Shown: positions 38,717 to 52,840 of the stretch, in pieces | How the letters are laid out: each line of letters opens with the position of its first letter | Numbering within the stretch: the first letter of the stretch is position 1 | Source: Marsupella aquatica | Lineage: Eukaryota; Plantae; Marchantiophyta | NCBI GenBank assembly: GCA_973895155.1 | Contig: OZ316896.1 | Location: 17,658,754-17,722,753, forward strand | Reading direction: 5' to 3' | Length of the DNA: 64,000 bases | Position numbers and translations under genes: made by a program | The notes under the pieces: generated by a model | What the model was told of the DNA's origin: nothing | What the model saw: only the letters and a program-made list of their open reading frames with translations | The model's database searches: none

Positions 38717-39549
38717 ATGGCACCCCCGCTGCAAATCGGCGTCATGCTTGAAACTGTCCAATTGAGCGACATTGCCTGCATCGACATCATCGGCAACATC
38801 TCCACCGACATGGCTGAAGCAATCGGAGATTTGGCACCGCCCGGCTTCACGAAGGCCAACGCTGTTTCCATGGTCTTCCACTACATATCGTCTTCTCTCT
38901 CCCCCACCTACGTGACCCCGTCGATAAACATTGTGCCCACCGTGACCTACGACTCCTGCGCTCGCGACCTCGACATCCTGGTCATTGGCGGCCCGATGCC
39001 GTCGCATCGCCCGGAGGGTGCCGACAGATTCCTGAAAGAGGCGTTTGGTGTCGATGGCAAGGGGGAGGCAGGCAAGAGGGTGAAGACGGTCCTGACGACG
39101 TGCACTGGGAGCATGTGGCTTGCGAGTTCTGGGGCGCTGGATGGGAAGCGCGCGACGACGAATCGGTTGTTTTTGCCGTTGGCGAGGGAATTGTACCCCA
39201 AGGTGGAGTGGGTAGATCAGAGGTGGGTGGTGCACGAGGATGAGGATGGGAGGTTCTGGACGAGTGGAGGGGCGGCGGCGGGTGAGTTCTGTGATTTGAT
39301 TGTCTGACTCTGTTTTGCTTTTCGTGTGTGATTGTTTTGTTTCTCGACGGGTCGAAATCGAGCGCCGGCCGGCTTTGGAAAGGGTCCTAGGATGTCCAGA
39401 TGTCACTCCTGACGTTATTTTGTGTCTCTGTAGGAAATGATATGGTGGCGCAGTACGCGTTGCAGACTTTTCATAAGGAGATGGTGGGGACTTCGCTCGA
39501 GGGGTTGGATTTGGATCCTGATGCGAGAGGACAGCATTACCGGTCTTGA
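38717..39549 (+). CDS. DJ-1/PfpI (ThiJ) family protein, fungal type, copy 1, intact; exons 38717-39281 and 39434-39549
   Basis: IVPTVTYDSC.RDLDILVIGGP, nucleophile elbow VLTTCTGSMWLASSGALDGKRATTN, VEWVDQRWV, FWTSGGAAAG|NDMV. A phase-1 GT-AG intron restores the G-x-D-M motif. The CDS is GC-rich. Confidence 0.92.
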
Positions 39550-42500
39550 GCTCCAATGCAAGCGAACTCTGTGGCTAGTATTTGCTAGTTTGAGTTGCGA
39601 TACCGGAGTGCAACGCGAATAGCACATTACGGCAGCACGAAAGCCATTCTCTGTCGAGAGTAGTTGTAGAGTGAATTGCTCACCATTAGTAGTGGATTTC
39701 GAGCTATTCACACTTCAATTTATGTCAACGATGTCTTTTCGTCCGAGATCTACGAAGCAAACATCATATTGTACACGTGGAAGTGGAGAACTTCTCGCCC
39801 CGGTTATTGCGCCGCCCCCAGGGAAGAAAACCGACAATAAACTTATCTGCGCAGAGACCCTAAATTCGCATTTTCCAAAGCCCGCGCAAGAAAGTGATGA
39901 TAATGGTCTCGGAGCGAGCTCCATGTTCGGTAGTTGTACTATTGCTTCTAAGAAAATATCTACCCTCTCTTGAACTGGCTTCGGCGCGAGGACTGGGGGT
40001 CCATTTCACAAGGTTTTGTAAATTGGCTATCCTTCCTATCATAAAATGGAAGGACTCTATTGAAGGTCGTTGGCACAGAAGATGCATTTAAATGGTGCGG
40101 AGCTGAGAGGAAGGATCGACACAGTGGACTGTAAAGTCCAATTGTCAGAAACTAAGAAACGCTACGGAATCCGCGTTTACGCCCGCATATTGTTTCCCTT
40201 CGAACTCAACTGAAAGAAAAACACAGTTCACTGATCTGCGGAGAGCCCCTAAACAAATTCACCAAACCGATCAAATTAATTAAGGCGTTGATCGAGGCTC
40301 GATAGAGGACGTTGTTCGTTCAGATGCCGTGAATGTCCGTCTCAAAGGACTAATCCGCTGAACTTCTCTCCTAAATTTGGAACAAAATCCTAGGGCAAGA
40401 CAAAAAGTTGTAGTTGATAGTTCATTCCTCATGTCTCCTCTTCTTGTTGACAGTAGAGGGTCGTCCTTCAATGATTAGTTCTGAATAATTCAGAGAGGAA
40501 GCGGAAATTCACGTGTTAGGATTTTGCTTCCTCGTGATGTTCATGACAAGGAAAATGGGAGATTTCTTCGTTGCTATGATTTTTCGGGGTTCTCTACGGC
40601 CAGATTCAACATGAAAGTGGGGAGTATGAGGGGTCTAGAGTACACTACATACAGTTCCGTTTCTCTCTGAAGAACTATCTCCAGAATGGACTTTGTATGA
40701 GGCAAAGCTAAAAGGAAAGATTTCTGGAGGTCATGTCGACGAGATGGACTCTGTATATTTCCCTTGAAGAGGGAACTGTCTTCATCGTTCCTGGTGTCAG
40801 CTATACTTGTGAGTCTTCGTTGAATGATATGGTTCGAAAGTGCCGTTCCCGACGAGCCTGGACAGTACTTGTTAAGCCGCTGTGTGATGACGACGTTTAT
40901 TAGCGTGTTTACAGGCCAAATTCTACCCTCTTTCCTTCGGTTTTCTTGCTTGTCCTTCTTGCTATTGTCATCTTTATCTGTACCGGCGTTGACGTTGATT
41001 CTTTTCAACTTAATTCATTACGTTTGTGGAACTACTGCAAACCCGCATGCATGTGGAGAGGAGAGGCATTCGTCCATGTGAAAGTTCCACAGAAGCTACT
41101 GCAATTGTATTCGATCGAGATAGGTACCAACTATGACAGACTGAAGCTTGGGTTCTCAAGATCTCAAATTTATACACGAAATTATTCTGCTCCAAACTCT
41201 CACATCCGTCTTGACCTCCTCTTACACTCCTTTGAATTGATCCTAAACTCCATAGATCTAAATGAAAGGTGTTTCTTCAAAAGTTCAGGATCTGTCTGAT
41301 GACGACGGTCATTAGCGAGGTTCACCGGCCAAATTAATTCTACCAGCTTTCTTTTGGTTTCTTGGTTGTCCTTCTTGCTATTATTCTCGTCACCGTTGAC
41401 GCTGATTCTTGCAACTGAATTCATCATATTTCGGGTGTGAACTACTGCAAACACACATGCATGATTGTAGAGAGGAGAGGCACTGGTCCATGGTAAAGCT
41501 AGGCAGAAGCTACTGGAATTGCATTTGCTTTCAAGGTGCACGGTTTTATTCAATATGTCAAGCATGGAAATAGTCTGATCGACATAAGGTAGATAGAGGT
41601 CTCTCCAGGGTAAGTATAGAAGAAACAGAGATAATGTAGAGAAGGTGTGAATCCGCCATAAAAAAAATGCACGTCATCATCTTCTGTGTTCGAGATAGTT
41701 ACCAACTATAACAGACTTAAGCTTGGGTTCTCAAGGTCGCAAATTTGTACTCTAAATTGCCCTGCTCGAAACTGTCACTCTGGCAACTGCCCATTGCATT
41801 GCCTAAGAAGGAGGTGGTGACCTCATGGATCCATGTCTTGGGACGGGTGGTGATTTTGCGCCACCCAAGGTATGTTTAGCACAAGTAGTCAGATCCATGC
41901 ATAAGGACGGGGTCGTGACATATCTAGGGTGTCTATCAGAAGATTTGGCAAGTTGAACCACAGCCTGTAGGAAGAACAAGCTGAGAAAAACTAGGGTCAT
42001 GTATAACAAACAGCTGAACTAGACCATAAAAGCAATATAAGCAAATGGGGAGTACTTCTTGGCAGGGGAATTGAACCTTCCAAGCACCTTCAATGCATCA
42101 GAAGACACATCCTGCCCGGCAGCTGGTTACTAGGCACACAGCAGGCAGGTTTGTAAGGAAGACGTGTAGATCAGGCACATTGTTCTGGGAGGACAATGGC
42201 AGTCAAGCCAACAGCCTCGTGGGAAGGGGGTTGTGAGCATGTACAGTCAACCCTCACTAGTTCTCCTGAGTACACAATCATGCTGTCAGCATAGAAAAAT
42301 CATGCTTGGATGGACTGAGGGCTCTCTTTCGCCGATCCCCATGGACTCTTTAACACGCTGCCTCACTTTACAGTCACACAAAATAGGCATTTACCAGATG
42401 CTTTCAGATGGATGGTTGACTTTGCAAATGGTGCCCCGAGTAATGTTTTCAGGTGCCCTGGCCAATTGTAAACAGTACGTTGGATTTTGGATCTTTGTTT

Positions 42501-42996
42501 AAACTCAAATTCTTTTAGCTTGGCGACGTATGATGTCCAATCTATTAGATCACAAAGTTAGAGAATTTTCTGAGAACAATTGTTCTATAATTGCCTACGA
42601 GCACGAAAATGGTCCAAGTTACTTTGTGAAGTACGCCCTAAGTGATTTCGGTATGAGAAGTGACTTAGTTACCACTTCAGGGAAGTCTGCACATGAGTAG
42701 CAACTTGCCATCATGTAAAAATTAATTTTCTCATTTTTGGGAAATGACCACAACGGCTCACCCCAAAAGATGAGAGAGCCAACCGGGGAGATGAGAGCCA
42801 GACCCAGGACCACCACCTCACTGAAAGCTTGCTAGCGACCACAAACAAACCGCACAAGGCGACCCAAACTGTCCTCTGTGCCCACAGGCCGCGCTCTCGG
42901 CTCTTCAGAGAGCACAGTACGATGAAAGTGGGCCATGCCATCAGTGGCCGCACCTCCGAGTGAGGCCCCTCAGGGAAAGCCATCGCGCAAACTAAT

Positions 42997-43165
42997 AGGG
43001 CGTCTCAATCCTTGGAGTTGCGGGAGAAAAACGAGGCCCGGAACTAGCACTTTCGGTCACGGTTCAGCAGTGTGCGGACACGGATTTCTGTGTCCACCAC
43101 TTTTATCCCGGGATTCTGTCTCTGACCGCAACCGGGAAGCAGCAAAGTCAAGTTTAAGACGCCCT
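42997..43165. mobile_element. Possible 169-bp MITE
   Basis: AGGGCGTCTCAA / TTAAGACGCCCT match at 11/12, with AAT on both sides. Confidence 0.4.
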
Positions 43166-44610
43166 AATGGAGGTCAGGAACCCGGTTTGAGGTTACATTT
43201 CTATCAGAACTATAAAGTATGCTATCTGGGCATTATGCCCTCAGTTAGTCCATCCCAATTTTGGAAGTCCATGGGGGTTTCACAGTAACCCCTTGGTGCA
43301 TACTGGGTTAATATTTTCTCAGCATATGGCCAAATTTAAAACATTTCCTTGGGATAAATTACGCAAATTTTCGCCAATTAAAAAGGTTGTATGGAACATG
43401 TTTTGAGGTGAACCAACTTTACATAGATTAAGATACATTCCTAGTTATCGGGCTCAACAGCATTTGATTTCTCGTGAAGTATCATACAGGTGGGCCCCAG
43501 AAGGCTTCTCAATGAAGGAAACCACAAGTAAGCACAGTAGGTCGAGGGTCAAACATGCTAGGCCCCAGAAGCCTTTCAGAAGAAGGAAACCCCACAATTG
43601 GATCCAAGGTCAAAATAGTGGGCCCCAGAAGGCTTCGGAGAGAAGCAAACAGCAGGAGAGGCATAATGGTAGTGCATCGAGAACAGTGAGGTGATGGAGT
43701 CAATGGGTGATGATTCTACTGGAGTAAGCTACAAACGATGCAGCTTGATAATTCTCGCCAAATAAGAAAATGGAGATTGGAGAAGCACAATCATGCTTGC
43801 CTCACGGGCTTTGTCCCCCTCTATTGGTTTGCAAATGGTACAAAGTTTCTGGTAGTTGACTTATTCTGTGGAAGTTTCATGGTAAAGGAGATTGGCAAGA
43901 TTAAATTCGGCATAGATTAATTAGTCAATTTTAAAGTACCACTGCCGGTAAGGCAAATACCGCTATTTACTATCACCTCTATGCAAGGTACTTTAAACTC
44001 TCCTCATTAGTAAATTCCTATCTATCCCCTGGTCTGTCCACAACATACAAAATCTTGGACAGGAAGAGGTGAGTTTTTCTTCCCTTGATGTATAGTACTA
44101 GCTTAGAATGTGGGCTTGAGTAAAAACCTACAGCAGCTGTCGGGAACTTGGTTTCTCTTTAGCCAGTGAAAGAGAAGACCAAGGGATCTACTCGACTCTA
44201 CTTAAATCCCGACTTGAAATTGGAGAATCTGATTTTAAATGAAATGCATTTGGATCATAGATTGTAATCTCCCACCAAAAATGAAAGAAATTTTAATCCC
44301 AGGAGCAAGAACACCGAACCTGCCAATATTCACAGAGTGCTTTACATACCTTTCCTAATAGTGACACTAAATTTCCCCATTCAATCTGCATAATTGATAT
44401 CAAGATTGATATCCTGTACAGTAACGTGAGACGTCCCCAAATGTTAGCAATGATGTCACAAATTCTGACCTACAGAGGGTTCATTCCAACGAACCTTCTA
44501 CAGCAGGAAGCAAATGCCAGGAATTCACAGGGATGAGCAACAGAACGTGGCCCTCAGGAAGGCTTCGGGTACACTTGGTCTACCCACAAGCTTCAAGAAC
44601 CAGCACTATC

Positions 44611-44616
44611 TATAAA
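44611..44616 (+). promoter_or_regulatory. TATA box of DJ-1 copy 2
   Basis: CTATAAATCC lies ~120 bp before the ATG. It is conserved in copy 3 (54703-08) and copy 4 (62645-40), but reads CATAAA in copy 1 (38588). Confidence 0.55.
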
Positions 44617-44734
44617 TCCAGCCATCTCCATCTCGGCAGCTTATATATTGTCCTTTAATATCCCTCTTCTAGTCTACTCAATACACGAGCAGATCAAAGC
44701 TTGCCACTTCTCTGAAAATCCTGCACTCACAATC

Positions 44735-45559
44735 ATGGCACCCCCGCTGCAAATCGGCGTCATGCTTGAAGCCGTCCAATTGAGCGACATTGCCTGCATC
44801 GACATCATCAGCAACATATCCACCGACTCCGTCAAAGCACTCGAAGAATTCTCACCGCCCGGCTTCTCGGACATGAAGGCCAACGCTGTTGCCATGGTCT
44901 TCCACTACATCTCGTCTTCTCTCTCCCCCACCTTCGTGACTCCGTCGATACACGTTGTGCCCACAGTGACCTACGACTCCTGCCCTCGCGACCTCGACAT
45001 CCTCATCATTGGCGGCCCGCTGCCGTCGCATCGCCCGGAGGGTGCCGACAGGTTCCTGAAAGAGGCGTTTGGTGTCGATGGCAAGGGGGAGGCAGGCAAG
45101 AGGGTGAAGACGGTCCTGACGACGTGTTCTGGGAGCATGTGGCTTGCGAGTTCCGGGGCGCTAGATGGGAAGCGCGCGACGACGAATCGTTTGGCTTTGC
45201 CAATGGCGAGGAACTTGTATCCCAAGGTGGAGTGGGTAGATCAGAGGTGGGTGGTGCACGAGGATGGAGATGGGAGGTTCTGGACGAGTGGAGGGGCGAT
45301 GGCGGGTGAGTTTTGTGATTTTATTGTCTGAGTCTGTTTTTCGTGTGTGATTGTTTTTTTTCTCGACGGGTCGAGCTTCAGCGCCAGCCGGCTTTGGAAC
45401 GGGATCGAGATGTCACTACTGACGTTATTTTGTGTCTCCATAGGAAATGATATGGTGGCGCATTACGCCTTGGATACTTTTCATGAGGATATGGTGGCAT
45501 CTTCGCTCGAGGGGTTGGATTTGGATCCTAATGCGAGAGGACAGTATTACCGGTTTTGA
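44735..45559 (+). CDS. DJ-1/PfpI family protein, copy 2, intact; exons 44735-45305 and 45444-45559
   Basis: Paralog of copy 1 with the same intron; TTCSG elbow; ends ...ARGQYYRF*. Confidence 0.92.
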
Positions 45560-47960
45560 GCTCCAGTGCAAGCGAACTTTAGGGCTAGTCTTTGCTAGTT
45601 TGAGTTGCGATACGAGAGTGCAACGCGAAATAGCGCATTACAGCAGCCCCAAATCCATTGTAGGTCGAGAGTAGTTCTTGACGCAAATGCTCACCAATAA
45701 TTAGTAGTGGATTCCTAGCTATTCACACTTCAATTTAATTCAATGTTGTAGTTTCGTCTGAAAGCTACAAAGCAAACGCCATATTTTACACGCGTGAAGA
45801 ACTTCTCTTCCCGATTTCAGCGCCTCCCCCAAGGGAAGAAAGACTAGAGTCTATTTATCTGCGCAGAGTGCATTCGAATTTTCCAAAGCCCGCGAAAAAA
45901 AGTGATGATAATGGTCTCGGAGCGAGCTCCATGTTCGGTAATTATACCATTGCTTCTAAAAACAGATCTACCCTTTTGGCTTCGGTGAGGGGACCGGGGT
46001 CCTATTTCAGGAGGTTACGCAAATCGGCAATCCTTCTTCTCATGATACGTAAGGTCTCTACTGAAGGTCGTTCGCACAGGAGAAATACATTTAAATGGCG
46101 CTGATCTACCCTTTTGACTGTATTGATCGAGGCTCGATCGCGGATGTTGCTTGGTTCAGATGCCTTGAAGGTTTACAGTCAAAACTCAATGGTAGGTTGT
46201 ACCTTTGTACTTACTATTGTCTGTGTTAATAAAGTGGATTGCCGAACTCCAAGGGGTGATGATGCATGGCTACTCAAGATCTTTTCAAGCAGGCTCGAGC
46301 ATCAGTGCACTTCTGAATGCTGCGCAGTGCGCACTTCAAGTTCACTGAACACTTTCCACAGAAGCAAAATGCTAGAATATGGATGTGTTTCTCCAGTATA
46401 GCAAATTGACCTGAGACAATGGAGAATGTTAAAAGTGCTAAGAGCCAAAGGTGCTAAGTGCCAAAAGAATCAGAACAAAGTTTAGGGTGGTTTACGAGAC
46501 CGAGCGGAACCCGTTGAGGCGGCCTAGTACTCGGGCCCAGCCTTTTGCCTTCGTTCTCAGAGGACTACTGCCCCGACTGTTCTCTCCCTACAAAGCGAAT
46601 TCCTAAATAGTTTTCCGTTCATGCCTGGATTGTGGAGACTAGTGATTAATTGTCAACTCTCAAATGATTCCTTCGCTACTTGAATTGAATTTGATTCTGT
46701 CTGTCTGTACTTCAGCTACGAGATGGATTTACGGAATAGAGAAACATTTAGGAATAGAGAAACATTTAGGAAGAAATCTCTATGGCCGATTGCAAAAAAC
46801 CATACACATCGCTGATTTTGTATACAGAAATTTCATTTGATAGCTGTGCCATGTTTAGACGAATCGGGTCGACGAGTGAGCTACAAGCAAGCAGACTATC
46901 TCCGCAAATTTGCGCCGCTCCCCCTATATATATATATATGCAAACACAATTTTGAAGCCAAAAATGCATGACGATCGTCGCGTGCAGGCCTTCGCCGTGA
47001 TTTGCTCGCGGCAGTGGCGGATTCTCGACCGATTTTCGATCCGCCCCTCCAGTTCTCCCATTTGGAGCTGCAATTGCAACCCGGGGTCAAGAGGATCAGA
47101 CGACAAGTTTTGAAGGCGGAGCGCCGGGGTTTGAGCTCGCCAGTGAGAGAGAGCGAACCTTGACACAAAACTACACCAGCACAATAACATGTATGTCTGC
47201 CTCATTGCACCTGGAATGGATCGTGTCCCTCTGATTGATCCATTGACGGACTAGCCTCTTTCCTTGCGTTTGTTCTCGTCAATTTGTATTTGGAGTATTG
47301 ATTTTCTTTGTGGTCGACAAACTCCTCTGCTGAGTGAGCTCAACATCAAAGGTAGGCATGTGTGTGTGAAAATTTGATCGATGGCCCTCCCTGCAATTGG
47401 CCTGCTCTAGTTTATCTAGTCCAACACAGCTGGCTCTCAACTTCCATTTCGTAGATCAGCAATAGAGGTGCGACCTGGCGAGATCGGTGGTTCTAGGAGA
47501 TGCAAATAATTTTCTTGTCGGGCGTACATTGCGCGCTGGTTGTGAGCACGCGAGACAGTTGATAAGAAAGTGCTGCACCTGCGCGTCCACGGCGCACAGT
47601 TTGCTCACAACAGAGAGGAAATTTGCCATTCGCTTCTACACGTGATCACATCTAATTGCCTCTCTACTTCGTTCATGCAAACGTAGATAGCTTTCTTTAC
47701 AATCAGATCAGGAAGCTAGAATTACGTCGGTTAGCTCATTCGACACACAGTTTGGATCAGAGAAGTGGCTAGCTAGTGTCTCCTACTTGCTGCTCGCCCT
47801 CGGTGGTATAGTACTTCTTAATCGGAATTCTTCATACCATGTGGCTCCATTGGCCATTTTTATCCTCGTGGACTTTCAATGCATGTATTCGTTGTGAGCC
47901 TCTCTAGCTGAGATAGCATTACTATCAATATGTCTCCAATTGTCTTCCTTTTCTATTCCA

Positions 47961-48872
47961 GCGCGCTGCTATCAAGTTTGGAATTCTCGCTCAGAGCTAG
48001 TCTGTGCGACTGGGCAGACATGAGGCGATTGCTACAAAGTCCGCTTTGCATTTCATTGATAGAGTCTCTCTTCCGACCTCTCTGACCCTGTACACTGATG
48101 CAGAAGAGTGGCCCAGCTGGAGGAAGAATGGCGACGAGGTCCTCCATGGGATGGACCAATGCCTCAGTTAGTACCCCTCCCTCTGCTAATACGTTAGCAA
48201 AGTTGAAGCTCTATCACCTCCTTTCAAATCATTTTTCCCCAATCCCTCCCTTAGGTTAGATTTCATTTGTACGCGTCTTTTTATGACGGTTTCGACAGGC
48301 AATGGGATGAAATTGGGGGTGAATTCAAATATAGACTCGGTTGCCATTCAAACTGGTGGATACTGTTGGATAGAGATGTTTTTGGACAGACAACGGGATG
48401 AAAATTGTGTGAAATCAACTATATTCTCGGCTGCCATTAATTCAAACTGGTGGATACTATTGGACACAGAGAGAGCGCGAAAGATTTAACTCCTAAGGTC
48501 ATCTGTCCTCCTATATATAATTGGTTATTCGCAGGCAGCAGGTGGTCTGTGCGAAAACCTTCGATCTTACATATATGTGTGGTGCGTGCATGAGACTTTC
48601 AGAAGCCATTATTTATAGCTCCTGCAATGAACACGTTAATGTGGGACAATCCGTTCACGTACAAGGCGTCACTTGATCCTGCCCAAGATCTCGGTATTAC
48701 TCTTACCTCCCCTATTGCAAAGAAGTTAGCAATGTGTGGTGATGTCGGGAACGGGGCCACGGAGGAGCCTTCGATGATTAACGCAACTCTTCGAATGGCA
48801 CTGTCACAACCACCGACCTTTTCTCCTAAGTTTGAAACAAAATCCTGGGGCAAGACAAACAATTGTAGTTAA
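47961..48872 (+). pseudogene. HAL3/PPCDC pseudogene 1 (5'-truncated, multiple indels, donor GT lost)
   Basis: Aligns to 30155-31013 from AAIKFGIL onward. It has several frameshifts, a deleted HIELRR segment, and AAAGTTG in place of AAGGTG at the donor. Confidence 0.9.
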
Positions 48873-51800
48873 TAATTCATCCCTCATGTCAGCTCTTCTT
48901 GCTGACACATGCAGTAGAGGGTCGTCCTTCAATGATTAGTTCAGAATAATTCAGAGAGGAAGCCAAAATTTACGTGTGAGGATTTGGCTTCCTTGTGATA
49001 TTCAGGACAAGCAAAACGGGAAAATTCTAAGTTTGCTATGGTTTTTCTTCGGGGCTCTCTACGGCCAGATTCAATATGAACGTGGGGAATGAGTAGCCTA
49101 CAGGACCCTAGATACAGTTCCGTTTCTTTCTGAAGAACCATCTCCCAGAATGGACTTTGTATGGGGTAGAGATAAGAGTCAACATTTCCGGAGGGTCGTG
49201 TCGACGAGATGGGCTGTGCATTTTTTCATTGACGAGGGAAATTCTCTTCATCATTCCTTGTTTCAGCCATACTCGCGAGTCTTCATTGAATGATATGGTT
49301 CGAAAGTGCCGTTCCCGAAGAGCCTGCACAGTACTTGATAGACTGCCGTGTGATGACGACGTTTATTAGCGAGTTTTACAGGCCAAACTATACCATCTTC
49401 TTTTAGTTTCTTGCTTGTCCTTCGTACGTGCTATCATTACCTTTACCGTTGACATTGATTCTTGCAACTCAATTCATTATATTTAGGTTGTGGAACTACT
49501 GTCAACGTACCCACATGCATGTGGAGAGGAGAGGCACTGGTCCATGATAAAGTTCCGCAGACTCTACTGCAATTGCATTGCTTTCAAGGTGCAAGTTTCA
49601 TCAACTAGTTCAAGCATGGAGAAAAGTATGACATAAGGTAGATTGATGTCTCTCCGGGGAAATAATATTACTAACAAAAATAACGAACAAAAAAAATGTA
49701 GAGAACGTGTGAATCCGTCACAAAAAAAATGCAAGTCACCATCTTCTGTATTCGAGATAGTTACCAACAGTAACAGACATAAGCTTGGGTTGTCAAGATC
49801 GCAAACTTGTGCACTAAAGTATTCTGCTCGAAACTGTCACATGCACCCTTCCTGTCCTCTAATACTCCTTCGAGGTGGTTGTAAACTCCGTAAACCTGAA
49901 AGAAAGGCATTTCTTCAAGGTTCACGACATTATGTGTAAACACCGGTGGACCTCCTGGTTTTACTTCTAGACCGTTTTGGAGATCCCCACTAGAGCAATT
50001 GAGATGCTCGCATAAAAAAGGTATCGACGTTTTTTGTCAATTCTCGAGTAATGTGAACGAGAATCATACGCAGTGGCATGCGTTGCTGATTGTCTTCAAG
50101 GGAAACATCCTATCATGTGTCAGGTGGAAAGCCAATTGACTCCTAGGACTTGCTGTGTGCGACTGAGGGACTGATACGTATTACAGACGATCTTCATCTA
50201 TTCTGAATATCAAGCTCCTTGCGTATTGAAAAGTCAGAATAAGTAGCTTTGGACATGGACATTACCCCTCATCTCAACTCTCGTGTGTTTAGCTTCGATT
50301 TTCCCGCATTCAGGATTGTAACGTGTTTTCAGAGAGATGCCAGTTGTATGGCTTCTGTCTACAGTATTGCTTGCGAGGCAGAGGTTATGCTTAGCGATTA
50401 ATCAGTTAGGACGGGTTCATTTCAGTCCTCCTGCAAGTCAATTAGTCCTCCCTTCTATGGACTGTAGCTAAGGAGACGCCCTAGACTAGAGATATAAATT
50501 CAGACTATGCAACTGCATGCGTATCGGAAGTTGATAATAAACCGTAATTACCGGGGCAGAGTTGCATCCTCTGTGCTTTCTATCAGACAGCCCATTTGCA
50601 CCTCTTGTTGTTCTTTTAAGCATTCTTGTTTCTGTCGCTCTTTGAATCCACTCAATACAAAATTTGCCCAAAAAATAGTATATTTTTTCAATTGTACGTT
50701 TGGCATTGAGGCAAGAAAATCTAATTTCTGTCGCTTGATTGTCTCATTTTTACCCTTGCAAGTGGTGCAAATGTCTCACGAATATTTGAGATACATGTGT
50801 TGCCATTTGTAGGTACCCTATAAATATAATGCAATAGGCTTATCAGGAGTACTCTTTAAAATAATGTGAGTAAAAACTGTCCATCCTGGCTCCACAAGTC
50901 CAGGGAGCAGAGTCCCCAACCTCATGGTCTAGGGGGCGTCATTTTCTTCATTTAAGCTTACTTGGAAGATTTTCATATTTTGGTGCACACTTAAGGCTAT
51001 TATTTAGTTCCTATTTAGCAATACAGTACCTTCTTCTCCCAATCTCCTGTGACTGCAACAATAGCTACAAGTCCAGTTTGGTAGTGATCTAAGTTTTGGA
51101 GATACTCAACCAGGTTTTTTTTAAGGTCATAAGGGGAAGTCACCACTGTGGCTACTGCCCATTGGATTGTTTTTTTCAAGGCCAGGAAGAAGTAGCCACA
51201 TGGCAACTGCCCATTGGATTGCCTAAGAAGAGGGGTGACCTCAGGGATCCATGCATAAGCACTAGGTCTTGACAAGTCTAGTGTGCCTATTAAAGTTTTG
51301 ACAAGTTTCAACCATAACCTGTAAGAAGAACAAGTGCAGAAAAATATGGTCATGTAAGAAACACCCGAACTAAACCATAAACTCACTAGTAGCAAATGGA
51401 AAATAATTTTCTGCAGGGGAATTGAACCTGCCAGGCACCTTCAATGCATCCAAACTAAGACACATCCTGCCCAGCAGTTGGTTACCTGGCACCAAGCCCA
51501 CAGGTATGTGAGGAAGAGGTGTCGATGCCTACATTGCTGTGGGAGGACACTGGCAGTGGCAGGCCAACAGGTCTCTTGGGAGGGGTTGTGAGCCTGTACA
51601 GTCAACCCCCACTAGTGCTCCTGAGTATACAGTCAATTGTGCTGTCAGCATTGAAAAGTAAGCTCAGATTGGGCCCAGCGATTTGTTTTGCCCATCCCCA
51701 TGGACTCCCATGGACTCCATAACACAATGCATCACTTTACATCCAAAACTCACATTGACAAATTGCTCTCAGGGATGGATGCTTCTTTTTTAGGATGATG

Positions 51801-52324
51801 CCCCAAGTAGTTTTTCAGGTGCCCTTACCAAATGAATGATAAATGCTGATTTTTGACAGACTAGCTTGTGCATTTACTTGGACAACCTTTAGGCCTTTGT
51901 TGAAACTCAAATTTTCTAAGCATGTCTTTGATATCCAATAAATCTTTCACCTCACAAAGTCTGAGAATGTACTGAGATTATCTGCTCCATTGCAGGTGAG
52001 AGCAAGAATGGTCAAATATTATAAACAAATTGTCAACGGATGTACTTTCTCTTTTGTGACACATTTGTGACGGATGCCCTGAGTAGCTTGGGCATGAGAA
52101 GCCACTTAGTGACCACTATGGAGAAGGATTTTTCACTTTTGTGAATGACACCCTGAGTAGTTTGTGCATGAATACCCATCTACTTGCCATTGTGTACCTT
52201 AATGGAATCCTGGTACAAATGGTCAGGAACCCATTTACAGACATTTTTGTCAAAATATTACAAAGTGCTATCAAGGCAAATTTTTATATCTGTCCCAGTA
52301 TTTTCTAACTCTATTCTGGAAAGT

Positions 52325-52840
52325 AAAGCCTGGATGGACCGAGGGGTTTGCTGTGAAGTCCCCATGGATTTCCAAAGCTGGGATGGATTGACTCAGAATA
52401 TCAAAATCTGCTTGGATAGCACTCATTACACTTTTGACTCATATGTGACCTGTAAGTCACAGTTCATACAAACTACTCAGGGCCTCCTTCATAAAAGTGA
52501 AGTGTCCGTTGGCGGTTATTCATAATGTTTCACCCTCTTCGCACTCATCCATTTCAGTAAAAATTGAAACTTTGTAAAGGAAATAGATTGGACATTAGAG
52601 AAGATGCTGGAAAATTTTGAGCTGCAAAAGAGATCTAAAAGTTGTTTAAATAAATACACAAGTTTATAAAAACTAACATTTCACAGTTGATCAAGACACC
52701 TGAAGAAACTACTTGGAGCGTACTTCTCAAAAGTAAAGCGTCCTTTTAAAAATAGCCCAACAATGTGGATTTCCGGCATGTAGGGTGGGTCACAGTACAT
52801 GGGGATGCGCAAAATAAACCCCTCTGTCCATCCAGGCTTT
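52325..52840. mobile_element. ~520-bp MITE specific to unit 3
   Basis: AAAGCCTGGATGGACCGAGGGGTTT / AAACCCCTCTGTCCATCCAGGCTTT match at 24/25. Exact ends and TSD are unclear. Confidence 0.7.

Larger units (their letters stand above)
40361..47960 (+). repeat. Segmental duplication unit 2 (HAL3 3' tail, spacer, DJ-1 copy 2, foreign spacer)
   Basis: Sequence from 40361 aligns to 30981 onward (CTAAATTTG.AACAAAATCCTAGGGCAAGACAAA). It shares collinear blocks with 31000-40330 and 48800-57650. Confidence 0.85.

Noticed and set aside
38570-39556. 328-aa minus-strand ORF, and similar antisense ORFs at 54940-55347 and 61999-62586
   Set aside because: These are shadows of the GC-rich DJ-1 CDS. They have no recognisable motifs, and their extents are not conserved between paralogs.
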